This document shows positions 12,789 through 22,607 of a stretch of DNA of 38,226 nucleotides, one piece after another. Within the stretch, counting starts at the first letter, position 1, and every line of letters begins with the position of its first letter. The position numbers and the translations under genes were made by a program. Origin of the DNA: Veleropilina oligotropha (taxonomy: Eukaryota); contig JBEUKZ010000063.1 in the NCBI GenBank assembly GCA_048128005.1, positions 62,001 through 100,226 of the forward strand, read 5' to 3'. The notes beneath the pieces are model-generated. The model was not told where the DNA came from, did no database searches, and was given only the letters and a program-made list of their open reading frames with translations.

Positions 12789-15700
12789 CATCTGTATCAT
12801 AATAATATATTTATACATGTAAAGATGTTTAAGGTGTCTTGAAGTATTTACTGAGAACATTGTTCTTGCTTGCATTTCGTTCTTGGCGTTTGGTGCAGAC
12901 AAGAATATTGTTCTCATGTAAGGATTATATCCACGAAATATAGGCCTACTAGATATAATACCAAAATTGCCTGGGTGTCCAACAAAATTATTGATTTTGG
13001 CGCCATTAAATAAATGTGTAGCGTAGTATAACCACCAGGAATATTAGAATAAGTAATATAATTAAACAACCTGCAATATGTTTTCGTTTGTAAATCTTTT
13101 TTATAATATGTTAAGTAAATAGATATGCAATTATGTTCTACTATGACTAATAGATAATTCCATGTTTCTAGCAGTGAAAGATTAACACGTCAATTAACCC
13201 AAGCGAACATCCCGCAAATTAGACATTGAATGAAATGTACAGATATTATACCATTAATATAAATACTGAAGCATATTTCATTTTTACGAATTGATGTATT
13301 AATCTACAACATAATGCAATACAATTTTCCTCATTGCTCCCCATTCGCATTTTTCAATTGATCTGCAAATATTAATGGTACTGGCCTCATCGTTTGTTCA
13401 TGATTCTTAGCACGCACAAGAAGAAATATAAAAACGGATATTTTGTATTATATAATATAATTGGCTCTGTATCTTTGAATGGTAACATTCAGTAAAACAT
13501 CCTGATAGATCGTCTGCAATTGTTGATACATTGTGCAACAAAATCACGGAACAGAATAAATATTTAATTGATGTATTGTCAGGAATGTGACATCTATAAA
13601 GACAGTGTTCGTTCTGGCAAAACATTTGAATGGAAAATTTTTGGTATTGAATACTTGCCACTTCGAAATTTTCATTTGCACATATTCGTTTTGTTAAAGC
13701 AAGCAACTAGCTATAGTTACTAATGAAGTCAGTGAAACTTTGCGTGGTTTTATCGACATTTTAAAGCGTCATAATTGTATAACATGATTCTATCCCACTC
13801 CTCATTACGACTGAATTTGGAGTAGAGGTGGAACTCGCACCAGGATTACCCTCGGGTCTTGGTATAATCCACTAATTGGTCATTGGTGTTCATCAATAGC
13901 AACTACATCATCAGCGCGATGTTCATGCCAGTCTAGTTACCTGAAGTATAAAATAACTTTCAGTCTGAAATATGTCATGCATTATTGAAATTAGACATTT
14001 TAATTAATTTATGATGACCATTTTCACGCAACGATTCTATTATTATATAGACGAATATTTACATTGTGTGTCTGTCATCCTCGCGTCTCGACATGTTAAT
14101 GTGTTTTGCATGCAGTCAATATCAAAACATATAATAAAAAAATCGAATGCGATGAATAATTACATATTATTTCGCTGTTATATATGTGTCATTCAAATTT
14201 CTAAAGTCTTCATGATAATGTAAAGCACGTTTTATTTATATTCCAAATAAAGTCATGCAATCGAAATACTAAATTATCACATACCCGATCGGATTCATTG
14301 TTTAAATTCCAATGAAAAACTTTATAAAAATCATCTGTTTGACCCCCACCCACCCCCTACCTCTGTACAGAGTATAATGAATAGTGTCACGGAAGAGTGT
14401 TTTTCAAACTAATTCAAAACAATCTACATAGTTGTGTATGTTCCCCAGCCCTGTATACATGCCGGTCCAAACTAGAAGATTATGCGATGAACCAGAACAC
14501 AACACCAGTGAGTGACGAACGGTTTCCCCATTGTAATCTAGTCGGACGAATGAAGTAATATATGTTCACATATTATATCAGAAAGTGCCATTCGGTATTA
14601 ATGAAGTTTTAATGACCTTGCAGGAAGTACCCGTATCTATGTGTATTCGTTGTGCATAGGCATAGGCCTACTCAAGTTGCATTGCCGACTATGTTTGTTA
14701 GGAGCAACGTGTTGTAGCAAGTTATATCAACTTAAATAAACATACACCACAGACGCACTTCGCTTGATCAATGTATGTCAGGAAAAATCGTTCAATCGTG
14801 AATGTCATGTTGTATGCTTCTTTTCAATGCCGAGTTATAGCTATTATTAAACCTCAATGGAAGGGGTGGTTGAAAAAAACTGTTGATTTGTAGATAATGT
14901 GGTGCTCTTTTTGTCTCGAGTTCAGAGTTCCAGTGTTTTGACTATATTATAGTAATTTCACGTGTCTCTGCTTAACGACCCGAGATACTTTAACTTTTAT
15001 ATAATCACCTGTTGTGTCGCAACAATAATCGCAAATAAAGGAAGATATAAATTAAAAACAATATTTCACTTTACTTCGGGTTCCAACTCAAAGTTGTCTC
15101 CCCTGAACCGTTGATCAAGGTCTGATCTGTTTATAATATATTATACCAAATAGCCAATATACTTTCATATGCATACACACAATTGACTTTTCAAAGTAAT
15201 TGTCCTATCCTTTGCCACAGAAAGGTCAATTGTCTATAGACTACCGAACACTTTGAAACGAAAGACGGTAGCAAATAATATCTCAGCCAACTTCTTTGTG
15301 TGTTCTACGTCGTTAATCTGTGTTTCCTAGATATAGGATTAATTAATGTTTTAGAGAGCCATTTTAGAATTTATTTCTCTCTAATTATAACCCTTTAATA
15401 CACATCATGGGCAAAATTATGTGAACAATAGGCCCCCTAGTGTTAATTGACCCATTGTTCCGAGACAATGGTTAACTCGGCTAGCTGGCCAGACTAAATT
15501 GAGAGACAAAGGATTGACAACTTACCAATGGAAGAGTCGATTTTCTCATATCAAGCTCTAGAAGCGTTATAGAGGCGATATGGTGGGCAATTGAATGTTT
15601 TAAGGGGTTACAGCTTGCAATTTACAATAGATTTCCACGGTGTGTATAACCGATAATACAGCTGCCACCCTCGGCGTGAAAATCCAAACAGCCTCGCTGT

Positions 15701-15931
15701 GGCTCGGTCTGTTAACGGCTTATAACGCTCATGCTGACAGTGTATTATCTATTATTTACACTTGATCATTTTATGGGGTTCGCCCCTGAGATCTGTCTCA
15801 TTGTATACTTCTCATCATCATCAGCGTCTGCATGGTGGTTCAACAATCGTGGATCCGCACACCTTCTGAAACCAGTCATTGACGAAGTGTTGATGATTTT
15901 TCTTATTGTGCCATCATGTAAAAGCCTGTTG

Positions 15932-16125
15932 TTTTTATGGCTTGACCTTTTTGTAAAAAAGGACAAGACATTATCAAATGGTCCGTGTGTGTATATATAA
16001 ATATATATAAGTATGTATGTATGTATGCATGCATGCATGTATGTATGTATGTATGGATGCATGCATGCATGCACGCACGCACGCACGCGCACGCACGCAC
16101 GCACACGCGCACGCACGCACATATT
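15932..16125 (+). repeat. HINE/Helentron-associated-like repeat head with compound microsatellite
   Basis: TTTTTATG(G)CTTGACCTTTTTGTAAAAAAGGACAAGAC hairpin, then ATTATCAAATGGTCCGTGTG, then (TATG)/(CATG)/(GCAC)n. A second copy lies at 37944-38226. Confidence 0.55.
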
Positions 16126-16909
16126 TTTACCAATCTTGGTTGATTATTAGGGCTTTACTTCACCCAGGATAATCCACCCGTAACGGCCAGTTAATGACTG
16201 TTTGGTTTTGAACGTATACATGTGAGTTGCTATTAGACGGATGTGATCATTCCAACAATCAACAGCCAGGTTTCATAATGGCACGAGTAATTGGGGGGGG
16301 GGGGGGGTTCACAAGAGAGGTTTCATTACAAAATCAACATCATTGATCCTGTACCCCCCGCCTCGACTGAATCTTTTGAAGAGTTTGACCTTCAATTATC
16401 TCTATTATATATCCATCGTGTTTCAACTGCAATGCCAATGTTGTAACGACGAAGTGCTGTTGCAACAGATTCTGTTCTGAAGACTCATATTTCAATGTCC
16501 TTCTATAACTATGTTTTCTCATATAGTGTATTTCTACAACTAGTCAGGTCGCTTAACGAAAAAATCGTGACACGAGTGACAAAAACTCCAAATTTGGGAT
16601 AGAAGATCTTTAAGGGGTACTAAAAGATTTTAGTCTCGGATCCACTCTGAAATGGCTTCCGTTGTTGAATTATGGGAAAAATTCAAAATGGCCGCCATTG
16701 AAATAATGTTTATAAGCGTTATTCGACTTATAATTGGGTATCGTCATGGTATATATGTGAGTAAAGTGCATTTTTATCAGTTATTCCATATACTAGAACA
16801 CACTAGTATGTTGCGCAAGTCTTAAGCATATATCCATGTGCTAGATGGGTAAAATTCAAAATGACCGCCCCCCCAAAATACATTTATGCGTTATTAGACT
16901 CAATACATA

Positions 16910-17074
16910 GGGGGGGACTAGGGGGTTTTGAAATAATCTAGGGAGGGGCCCGGGGCCCCCGGGGAGGCTCCCAGCGCCATCCGAAACTAGGGTAGCTTAG
17001 AATAGTCTATATGGGGGCATTTCAGAGGAAGTTAGGGTGGGGCCCCGGGCCCCGGGGGTGGAGGCTCCCAGCGC
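16910..17074 (+). repeat. Left terminal inverted repeat
   Basis: GGGGGGGACTAGGGGGTTTTGAAATAATCTAGGG...CCCAGCGC matches the reverse complement of 32695-32859 with one mismatch at 17011. Confidence 0.97.
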
Positions 17075-17228
17075 CGTCCGCAACTAGGGTAGCTTAGATT
17101 AGTCGGTATGGTGGGGGCATTTATGATACTCCAGGGCGCCGTCCGGAACTAGGGTAGCTTAGAATAGTCTATGTGGGCCCGGCCGCCAGGAAGGCTCCCA
17201 GCAACTAGGGTAGCTTAGAATAGTCTAT
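16985..17228 (+). repeat. Four iterated 26-bp subterminal motifs
   Basis: AACTAGGGTAGCTTAGAATAGTCTAT at 16985, 17082 (variant), 17147 and 17203. Inverted copies lie at ~32759-32784 and 32219-32240. Confidence 0.9.
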
Positions 17229-17811
17229 TTAGGCCCGCCCCCCCCCCCGGCCACCCCCACGTCCGTTTGAACGGAGCTGGTAGTACGAGCCCGTAGGGAC
17301 AGCCCACAACCCAAGCCGGCCAGGCGTATGTTTGTATCAGTGTCGAGACGCGTTATTGCTAGCTCAACACAGAAACTGTCGACTCATCCGATGACTCAAC
17401 ACAATAACTGTCCACGAAAAAGTTTCTCGTCAAGAAACTTTGTGATTTCAACAAAACGGTGACCGTTATTTTGTTGAGCTAGCTTTTTAGATAACGTTTG
17501 CAAAAGCGACTAGCGATTCATATAAGAATAAATGCAACCAGGACGCTAGGGTACAAATACCATTGATAGACGCGGCGAGGTATTTGTACAGCAACAATAC
17601 CATTGATACACGTGGCGAGGCGTTTGTAAAGCACACGGATATAGCGTGTGGTTATGAACATATTAAAATAAAGAAGTCTCACGTAAATAATTATATATAA
17701 ATAGAACACTTTTTGTATAGCATTTAGGTCGAATGTGTTTGATAGCGGCCTATGAATAGGCGCTGGGGAAGCCGGAAAATGTGTTTAAGGACGGGGACTC
17801 CCGAGCAGCCG

Positions 17812-18243
17812 TTAGATAAATATGTAATTCCCGCCGGCTAGCGTGCAGTTGCATGCCGAGAGATGTCCGATTTGACTCCACGCACCCCCGCACATGGGTC
17901 TCCCGCCGGTAGACAACATTGAGAAGTAATGCCCATTTTTACCGCGACATAGTGACGGCTCAGCGCATTCAACGCAAACGACAGTATTTGGGTCGGGCCC
18001 ACAGTAATTCTCTCCATCGATAATAAAGTAGTGGCACGAAGGTGGGGATACATCAGGGGTGGGGTCTCGTAGCAAGTTTCTTCGCAAGGGGTCAAGTCGT
18101 ATATTGTACAGGGGGTGGTTCCGGTACCTAGCCCACGTGTGTTCGAGAATTAAAGCGGTGTCGCGTGACGATGCCTGGGAGACACCCGCTAGCCAGGACA
18201 CCACGGCAATGCACAGAAGTAGCATGGATTTCATGGATTTCAT
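17812..18243 (-). CDS. Secreted cysteine-rich protein (143 aa), possibly cystine-knot
   Basis: Hydrophobic signal peptide (MLLLCIAVVSWLAGVSQA|SS), eight Cys in the C-terminal half, ending W......AC.C. Confidence 0.7.
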   Translation of the reverse strand: MKSMKSMLLLCIAVVSWLAGVSQASSRDTALILEHTWARYRNHPLYNIRLDPLRRNLLRDPTPDVSPPSCHYFIIDGENYCGPDPNTVVCVECAEPSLCRGKNGHYFSMLSTGGRPMCGGAWSQIGHLSACNCTLAGGNYIFI

Positions 18244-18332
18244 GGCTGTCCAGATATCACTGTCTGAGTTCGAGCTTTAATACGGGGGAGGGGGAGGGGG
18301 GAAGTCTCCCACCCCACGCTCCACCTGAATTG

Positions 18333-18968
18333 TTAGTCGCCAACTGCTCCGAGTTTTTTCAGCAATTCTGCGCGTCCCTCTTTACGACCTCGCTCAATTA
18401 GCTCGCTTTGGGTCTGTGAAACCGCGGTGTGCGCCTTTAGACTTTTGAGGTGAACCGTGGCCTTCATTGTCCGATATTTGGCCATCTCGTCTGTGACGAG
18501 TTTGAACTCATCATCAGACATCTCCCCGTCCGATAAGGCCTTTGAGACGTGGTCTCTGATGGTGTTCAGCTTGCTTTCGGCCAGTGCTCGAATCTCGTTG
18601 TGCTTCTTAGCCTTCACTTGGAGGCGGCGGCTGATGTATTTTCCACCCATGCTAGCGAGCCCACACCCCAACGCCGCTAATTCGAGCACTAGGACAACAG
18701 GTGCCGCAACAATTGTGGACAGTAGTCCGATGCCGGCACTACCCATACCAAGGGTAGCAACGACCAGGGCCGAATCGCTCCCATCAATGACGTTAACGCC
18801 TCTACGGTACTTCTTGTACAGGGCAGCCCGTGTGTCCCTCTCTCGTTCTAGCTGTCCCTGAAGCTCATTCACTTTCTGTAGTCGGAAAGACTGTGCCTCC
18901 GGCAGTTCCGAAAGAACATCGCCACCAAGTTGTGGGTACAGCGTTGGCGCTGAGGGTGTGTTGTCCAT
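18333..18968 (-). CDS. Conserved Polinton/adintovirus-type membrane protein with a central hydrophobic hairpin (211 aa)
   Basis: FRLQKV.E....LERE...R..LYKKYRR..N, a Gly/Ala-rich hydrophobic hairpin, and KAKKH.EI..LAESKLNTI.D.VSKAL.DG..SD.EF.L...E..KY. I recall this pattern from Polinton-associated proteins. Confidence 0.8.
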   Translation of the reverse strand: MDNTPSAPTLYPQLGGDVLSELPEAQSFRLQKVNELQGQLERERDTRAALYKKYRRGVNVIDGSDSALVVATLGMGSAGIGLLSTIVAAPVVLVLELAALGCGLASMGGKYISRRLQVKAKKHNEIRALAESKLNTIRDHVSKALSDGEMSDDEFKLVTDEMAKYRTMKATVHLKSLKAHTAVSQTQSELIERGRKEGRAELLKKLGAVGD

Positions 18969-19318
18969 TATTCGTGGCTGTATTGTTCAGCCTGTTGATT
19001 CCGAATGTCTACCGTAACGTTCAAATAAAGGGTGTTCACCCAGGGGGCCTTGATGGCAAAGGCGAGGGTCAACTTGTCCGAATCCACGCCAAGTCTATTT
19101 ATGGAACACGCTTTGGGGGCGCCCCCGGCCGGCTGGACCGGCGTCATGTGGATCATTAGAAGGGCTGGGTTCAACCCAAACCGACCTCCAGTGTTTGGAA
19201 TCATGAACTCCCTCCTCGCCAGCCCCTTCTTGGGCGCTTCCCCACAACTAAGAACAAAGTGCCACTGGGTCGCTGAAGGCTCTTCTGCGAGAAGGGGGGT
19301 CCCGTAGATGCTGCTCAT
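18968..19318 (-). CDS. Hypothetical protein (116 aa)
   Basis: ATG-initiated and tightly coupled to both neighbours by 4-bp and 1-bp overlaps. Confidence 0.65.
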   Translation of the reverse strand: MSSIYGTPLLAEEPSATQWHFVLSCGEAPKKGLARREFMIPNTGGRFGLNPALLMIHMTPVQPAGGAPKACSINRLGVDSDKLTLAFAIKAPWVNTLYLNVTVDIRNQQAEQYSHE

Positions 19319-20019
19319 TGTATCTCGAGGATGGCGGAAATAGGCATACCGTGATTGTCGAGCGGGTTACCATCTGAGTCGGTGACATAAACCTTCAATT
19401 CCGTGAGTAGCCCGGCCTGTAGTCGCCGGAGGGCTGGATAGCTATGATAGTGGGCAGCCTCACCGAACATCTGTGACGTTATAGGGACCACCGCGAGAAT
19501 ATTGCTCGGGGCGCCGTCCTTCACATTGTGTGTTGTACTGAGCTGCTCCAGATGAACGTGTAGGGTCGCTGCAATGGCAAACCCGACAGGCTTGTTCCCG
19601 TCATAAGTCCCGGGGCGTAGCCATTGCAGCGACCCGACAGGCTTGTTCCCGTCATAAGTCATAAGTAGCCACGCTGAAAGGTTGAAGCCGAGGAGCTTCC
19701 GTATATCGTCGCTTATCGCGAGTCGAGTCCCCTCTGGGACAACAAGTTGCGCGAGTCCGGTAGCATGGCTTACCTCCAGCCGCATATTAGCTAGGGACCT
19801 CTTCATCGTCTTGGCGAGGGAATCGAAGCTGTAGAACCCTGGTGCCACCTCTACCGTGGTATCGGGGGTCTTAAATAAGGCTCCAGCGTGCACGTTATGC
19901 CAGCCGACCCAGTAGTCGAGCGAGCGCAGGCCGACGCATAGCTTGCCTTCCCGGTTATCTATCGGTTGCAGGAGGTCAACTGCGGTCCCCGTTTGAACAC
20001 TCGTTACTGTGTGGAACAT
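19315..20019 (-). CDS. Minor capsid protein (penton, single jelly-roll)
   Basis: V.PG.YS and N..DG.PSNILAVVP....FG......P....L......ELKV.VTD.DG..LD.HG.PI...LEI match the Polinton penton pattern. Confidence 0.8.
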   Translation of the reverse strand: MFHTVTSVQTGTAVDLLQPIDNREGKLCVGLRSLDYWVGWHNVHAGALFKTPDTTVEVAPGFYSFDSLAKTMKRSLANMRLEVSHATGLAQLVVPEGTRLAISDDIRKLLGFNLSAWLLMTYDGNKPVGSLQWLRPGTYDGNKPVGFAIAATLHVHLEQLSTTHNVKDGAPSNILAVVPITSQMFGEAAHYHSYPALRRLQAGLLTELKVYVTDSDGNPLDNHGMPISAILEIQ

Positions 20020-20023
20020 AGCT

Positions 20024-21304
20024 ATGGCTAAGAGCTCCTTTGCTTTTAATAGGAGTGCGGCCTATCCGACCGGTGTGGTGTACCCAGCAAAGATCCAAGC
20101 TGAGCAGCTTACAAGACCAAGCGTCGTTGTGTCAGCGTCTGAACATCCGGCATTCGGGGCGAACTACCCAGACGTCTTCCAAAAGTATCGCCTCCCACAT
20201 GTCGCGAGAGACCGGCTACTACGGGATTGGGACAGCACGCCCATGCGGTTTTGGCAGAACAAGGACAACTTCGCAGTCTGGTGTGCCACAACAGGTTCCG
20301 GGATATCCGCAGAAGACCACTTGGAGGCCACCGACCCCCTTTCCAGAGCCGTATTCACCTTCCACGTCTACTATCAGGTCAGAAGGGTATTGACCGAAAT
20401 TCAGGCGCCGCTGCCGCAAGACACGACGTGGGATGCATTCGACACCCCGTATGACCGAAGGGCATACGAGAAGATCTGCAGCGAATTCGGGGTGTCTCCA
20501 CACACCGACTGGCGAGTCGTGGGTCCCAATAAAGGGCTCGGCACCGCTTACAGCTACTGGACGAACAACGGCTACCACTCCATCGGACGTGAGTACGATC
20601 CCAGCCGAATGTCCTTCACGAAAGGTACGACCAACACGAATCTGCACGTGGACTACATCGCGCAAGCGCCTGCGCTTACAGACGGATGGGCTTCGTTTAT
20701 TCTGGACACCTCGGCGGGGTTTACGAGGGCCGGCATGGAAAGGCTCAATGATTGCATCAGGACCTACGTCTGGGCGATTCTTGGAGCGCAGGCTCAAACA
20801 CGTGCAAGCATTCTGGGTAGCGGGACGGCATTTGACGCGCAGAAACAGTTCCTGGCGAACGTGGAAGATGCCATCGCATCGCCAGTGGACCTCCCAGCAG
20901 CAATCAAACGGTACCAGGAGGTGCTACAGTATGCCAGGTCCAAGGTAGACTTCGTATTCGGCGTTGGCCTGTACATGGCGCCAAGTGACATGCTCCTGCG
21001 AATAGGGCAGGTAGCTGGGCATAACAACGAAATCGTCGTGGCCACGCAAGACCATACACTAGGTCTTAATACCACCGTCAACACGGCCAGTGTTCCACCC
21101 AACGCCACTGGGGATACTGGAGAACAAGGACTGGTTATTCCACAAGACGCAGTCTTACGGGCAGATGCTCTGAAGCATCCAAACGCTAAGCCGGCAGCTG
21201 TTTCAGCGGCTGCCCCACATGACGAGGAGAAAACTGCACTTATCGTGGGTGGCGTTGTCGTTGGCCTAGCGTTTATTTGGCTGGCAGCACCCCAAACTGG
21301 CTAG
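20024..21304 (+). CDS. Hypothetical virion-associated protein with C-terminal TM anchor (426 aa)
   Basis: Long intact ORF from ATG 20024, rich in aromatic residues, with the C-terminal hydrophobic segment ALIVGGVVVGLAFIWLAA. Confidence 0.8.
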   Translation: MAKSSFAFNRSAAYPTGVVYPAKIQAEQLTRPSVVVSASEHPAFGANYPDVFQKYRLPHVARDRLLRDWDSTPMRFWQNKDNFAVWCATTGSGISAEDHLEATDPLSRAVFTFHVYYQVRRVLTEIQAPLPQDTTWDAFDTPYDRRAYEKICSEFGVSPHTDWRVVGPNKGLGTAYSYWTNNGYHSIGREYDPSRMSFTKGTTNTNLHVDYIAQAPALTDGWASFILDTSAGFTRAGMERLNDCIRTYVWAILGAQAQTRASILGSGTAFDAQKQFLANVEDAIASPVDLPAAIKRYQEVLQYARSKVDFVFGVGLYMAPSDMLLRIGQVAGHNNEIVVATQDHTLGLNTTVNTASVPPNATGDTGEQGLVIPQDAVLRADALKHPNAKPAAVSAAAPHDEEKTALIVGGVVVGLAFIWLAAPQTG

Positions 21305-22556
21305 CGGCCATAAGAAGCAAGCCCCCCACAGATATAATCACAGCCCACAGGTTCTCAGCAAGCCACGACGCTGTCTTGCCGACCAGATTTATAATCCAGG
21401 AAATCAGGCTTCCAATCATGCCTGGGAGTGCCGCTGCCACCTTCCCCGCTAGTTTACCCAGAATCCGACCCAAGTTCCGCAGGTGCTTTTTTACCCACTC
21501 CTTCATGCCCTGACCACTGGAAGGTGGTGGTGGTTGTGGTATGCTCGGCGCTCCTCCTGTTAGGGCTAGTACCAAAGTCGAGATGGCCATACCAATCGCG
21601 GTGAGTATGGTCACAATTGTGACCCCCTGCTCGCGAAACAGGGTCCGGATGCGCTCGGCCAGCGTCGTGTCTGAGTGGAGAATCTGACTTATCATCTCTC
21701 GGATCCGGCTGATTTGAGAGCGAAGGGCTTCCCGGCTGGACCCGGCTGCCTCTAGGCGAGCTGCTCGTTCATCCTGTAAGTTGCGCAGACGTTCCGCGAT
21801 TCGTCGACGGACAAACTCTTCCACACCCCCTTCATCTGCCTGATCAAGCTTCCCTTTCTCCAGCGCTATGTGGTCGTCAAGCGCCGATAGTTTGGCCAGG
21901 TTGTTAGTGAGCTCGCCCCGGATTGTCTGCATCGCCTTGTCAAGCCCGCGAAGCTCGCGAAGATTTAATGGAGGGTCCCCCATCGTGCCTAAGATCTCTT
22001 CAACCTCAGCATCTGTGAAGGTCATCTCCATTGTGTGGATTGCAGATGCCGCATCTGTAGCGGTCTGCCCCAAGTCCCGCAGTTCCACGTTGTCTACGTT
22101 GGCCGCCGCACCGCTCAACTCATTGTCGGCTGTCTGAAATACTGCGACGGCTTTTGAGGCCAGCTTCTTTTGTCCCCCTCCCACCCTCCGCTTCCAGTCT
22201 ACGAAACCCAACCCTTCTCTGATGGCCTTACCCCCGCCTTTCCGGTTAGCTATTGTTGCCAAAGCCTTGGGTTTTCCATCCGAGTTTATTAGATCGATGT
22301 TGGGGTAGGCCTTCATCTGCAATTGCCCCTCCCCCACATACTCGAACTGGGCATAATCACGCCCCGTGGCGGGGGTTTGCCCCTCCTTTGAAAGGGCCTT
22401 GTAGTAGTCGTCAACCACTGTTCGAACAAGCTCTTGCCGCAGACTGCTGGTTCCTTCCTGTGGCGCCGCCACCCAGTCCGTGGATTGTGCCGACACTTCC
22501 ACATCATCATCGACGGTGATGTTGGGCTCGAACACGGGGTTCTCGAATTCCGCCAT
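21273..22556 (-). CDS. Coiled-coil protein with C-terminal hydrophobic/amphipathic helices (427 aa)
   Basis: The likely start is MAEFENPVFEP at 22556; the upstream part of the 620-aa track ORF is the antisense of the capsid gene. It has long heptad-like helices, then LFREQGVTIVTILTAIGMAISTLVLAL and LPGMIGSLISWIINL...LWAVIISVGGLLL. Confidence 0.8.
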   Translation of the reverse strand: MAEFENPVFEPNITVDDDVEVSAQSTDWVAAPQEGTSSLRQELVRTVVDDYYKALSKEGQTPATGRDYAQFEYVGEGQLQMKAYPNIDLINSDGKPKALATIANRKGGGKAIREGLGFVDWKRRVGGGQKKLASKAVAVFQTADNELSGAAANVDNVELRDLGQTATDAASAIHTMEMTFTDAEVEEILGTMGDPPLNLRELRGLDKAMQTIRGELTNNLAKLSALDDHIALEKGKLDQADEGGVEEFVRRRIAERLRNLQDERAARLEAAGSSREALRSQISRIREMISQILHSDTTLAERIRTLFREQGVTIVTILTAIGMAISTLVLALTGGAPSIPQPPPPSSGQGMKEWVKKHLRNLGRILGKLAGKVAAALPGMIGSLISWIINLVGKTASWLAENLWAVIISVGGLLLMAASQFGVLPAK

Positions 22557-22607
22557 TTGAATACAACCAGCTGGATACGCATCTAATTCAGCCATAGCGA
22601 CAACAAC

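Noticed and set aside
15766..16133. ORFs reading MCVRARVRAC...
   Set aside because: They are translated microsatellite.
16985..17228. CRISPR-like array
   Set aside because: Spacing is irregular, the spacers are mutually related, there are no cas genes, and the context is a eukaryotic viral TIR.
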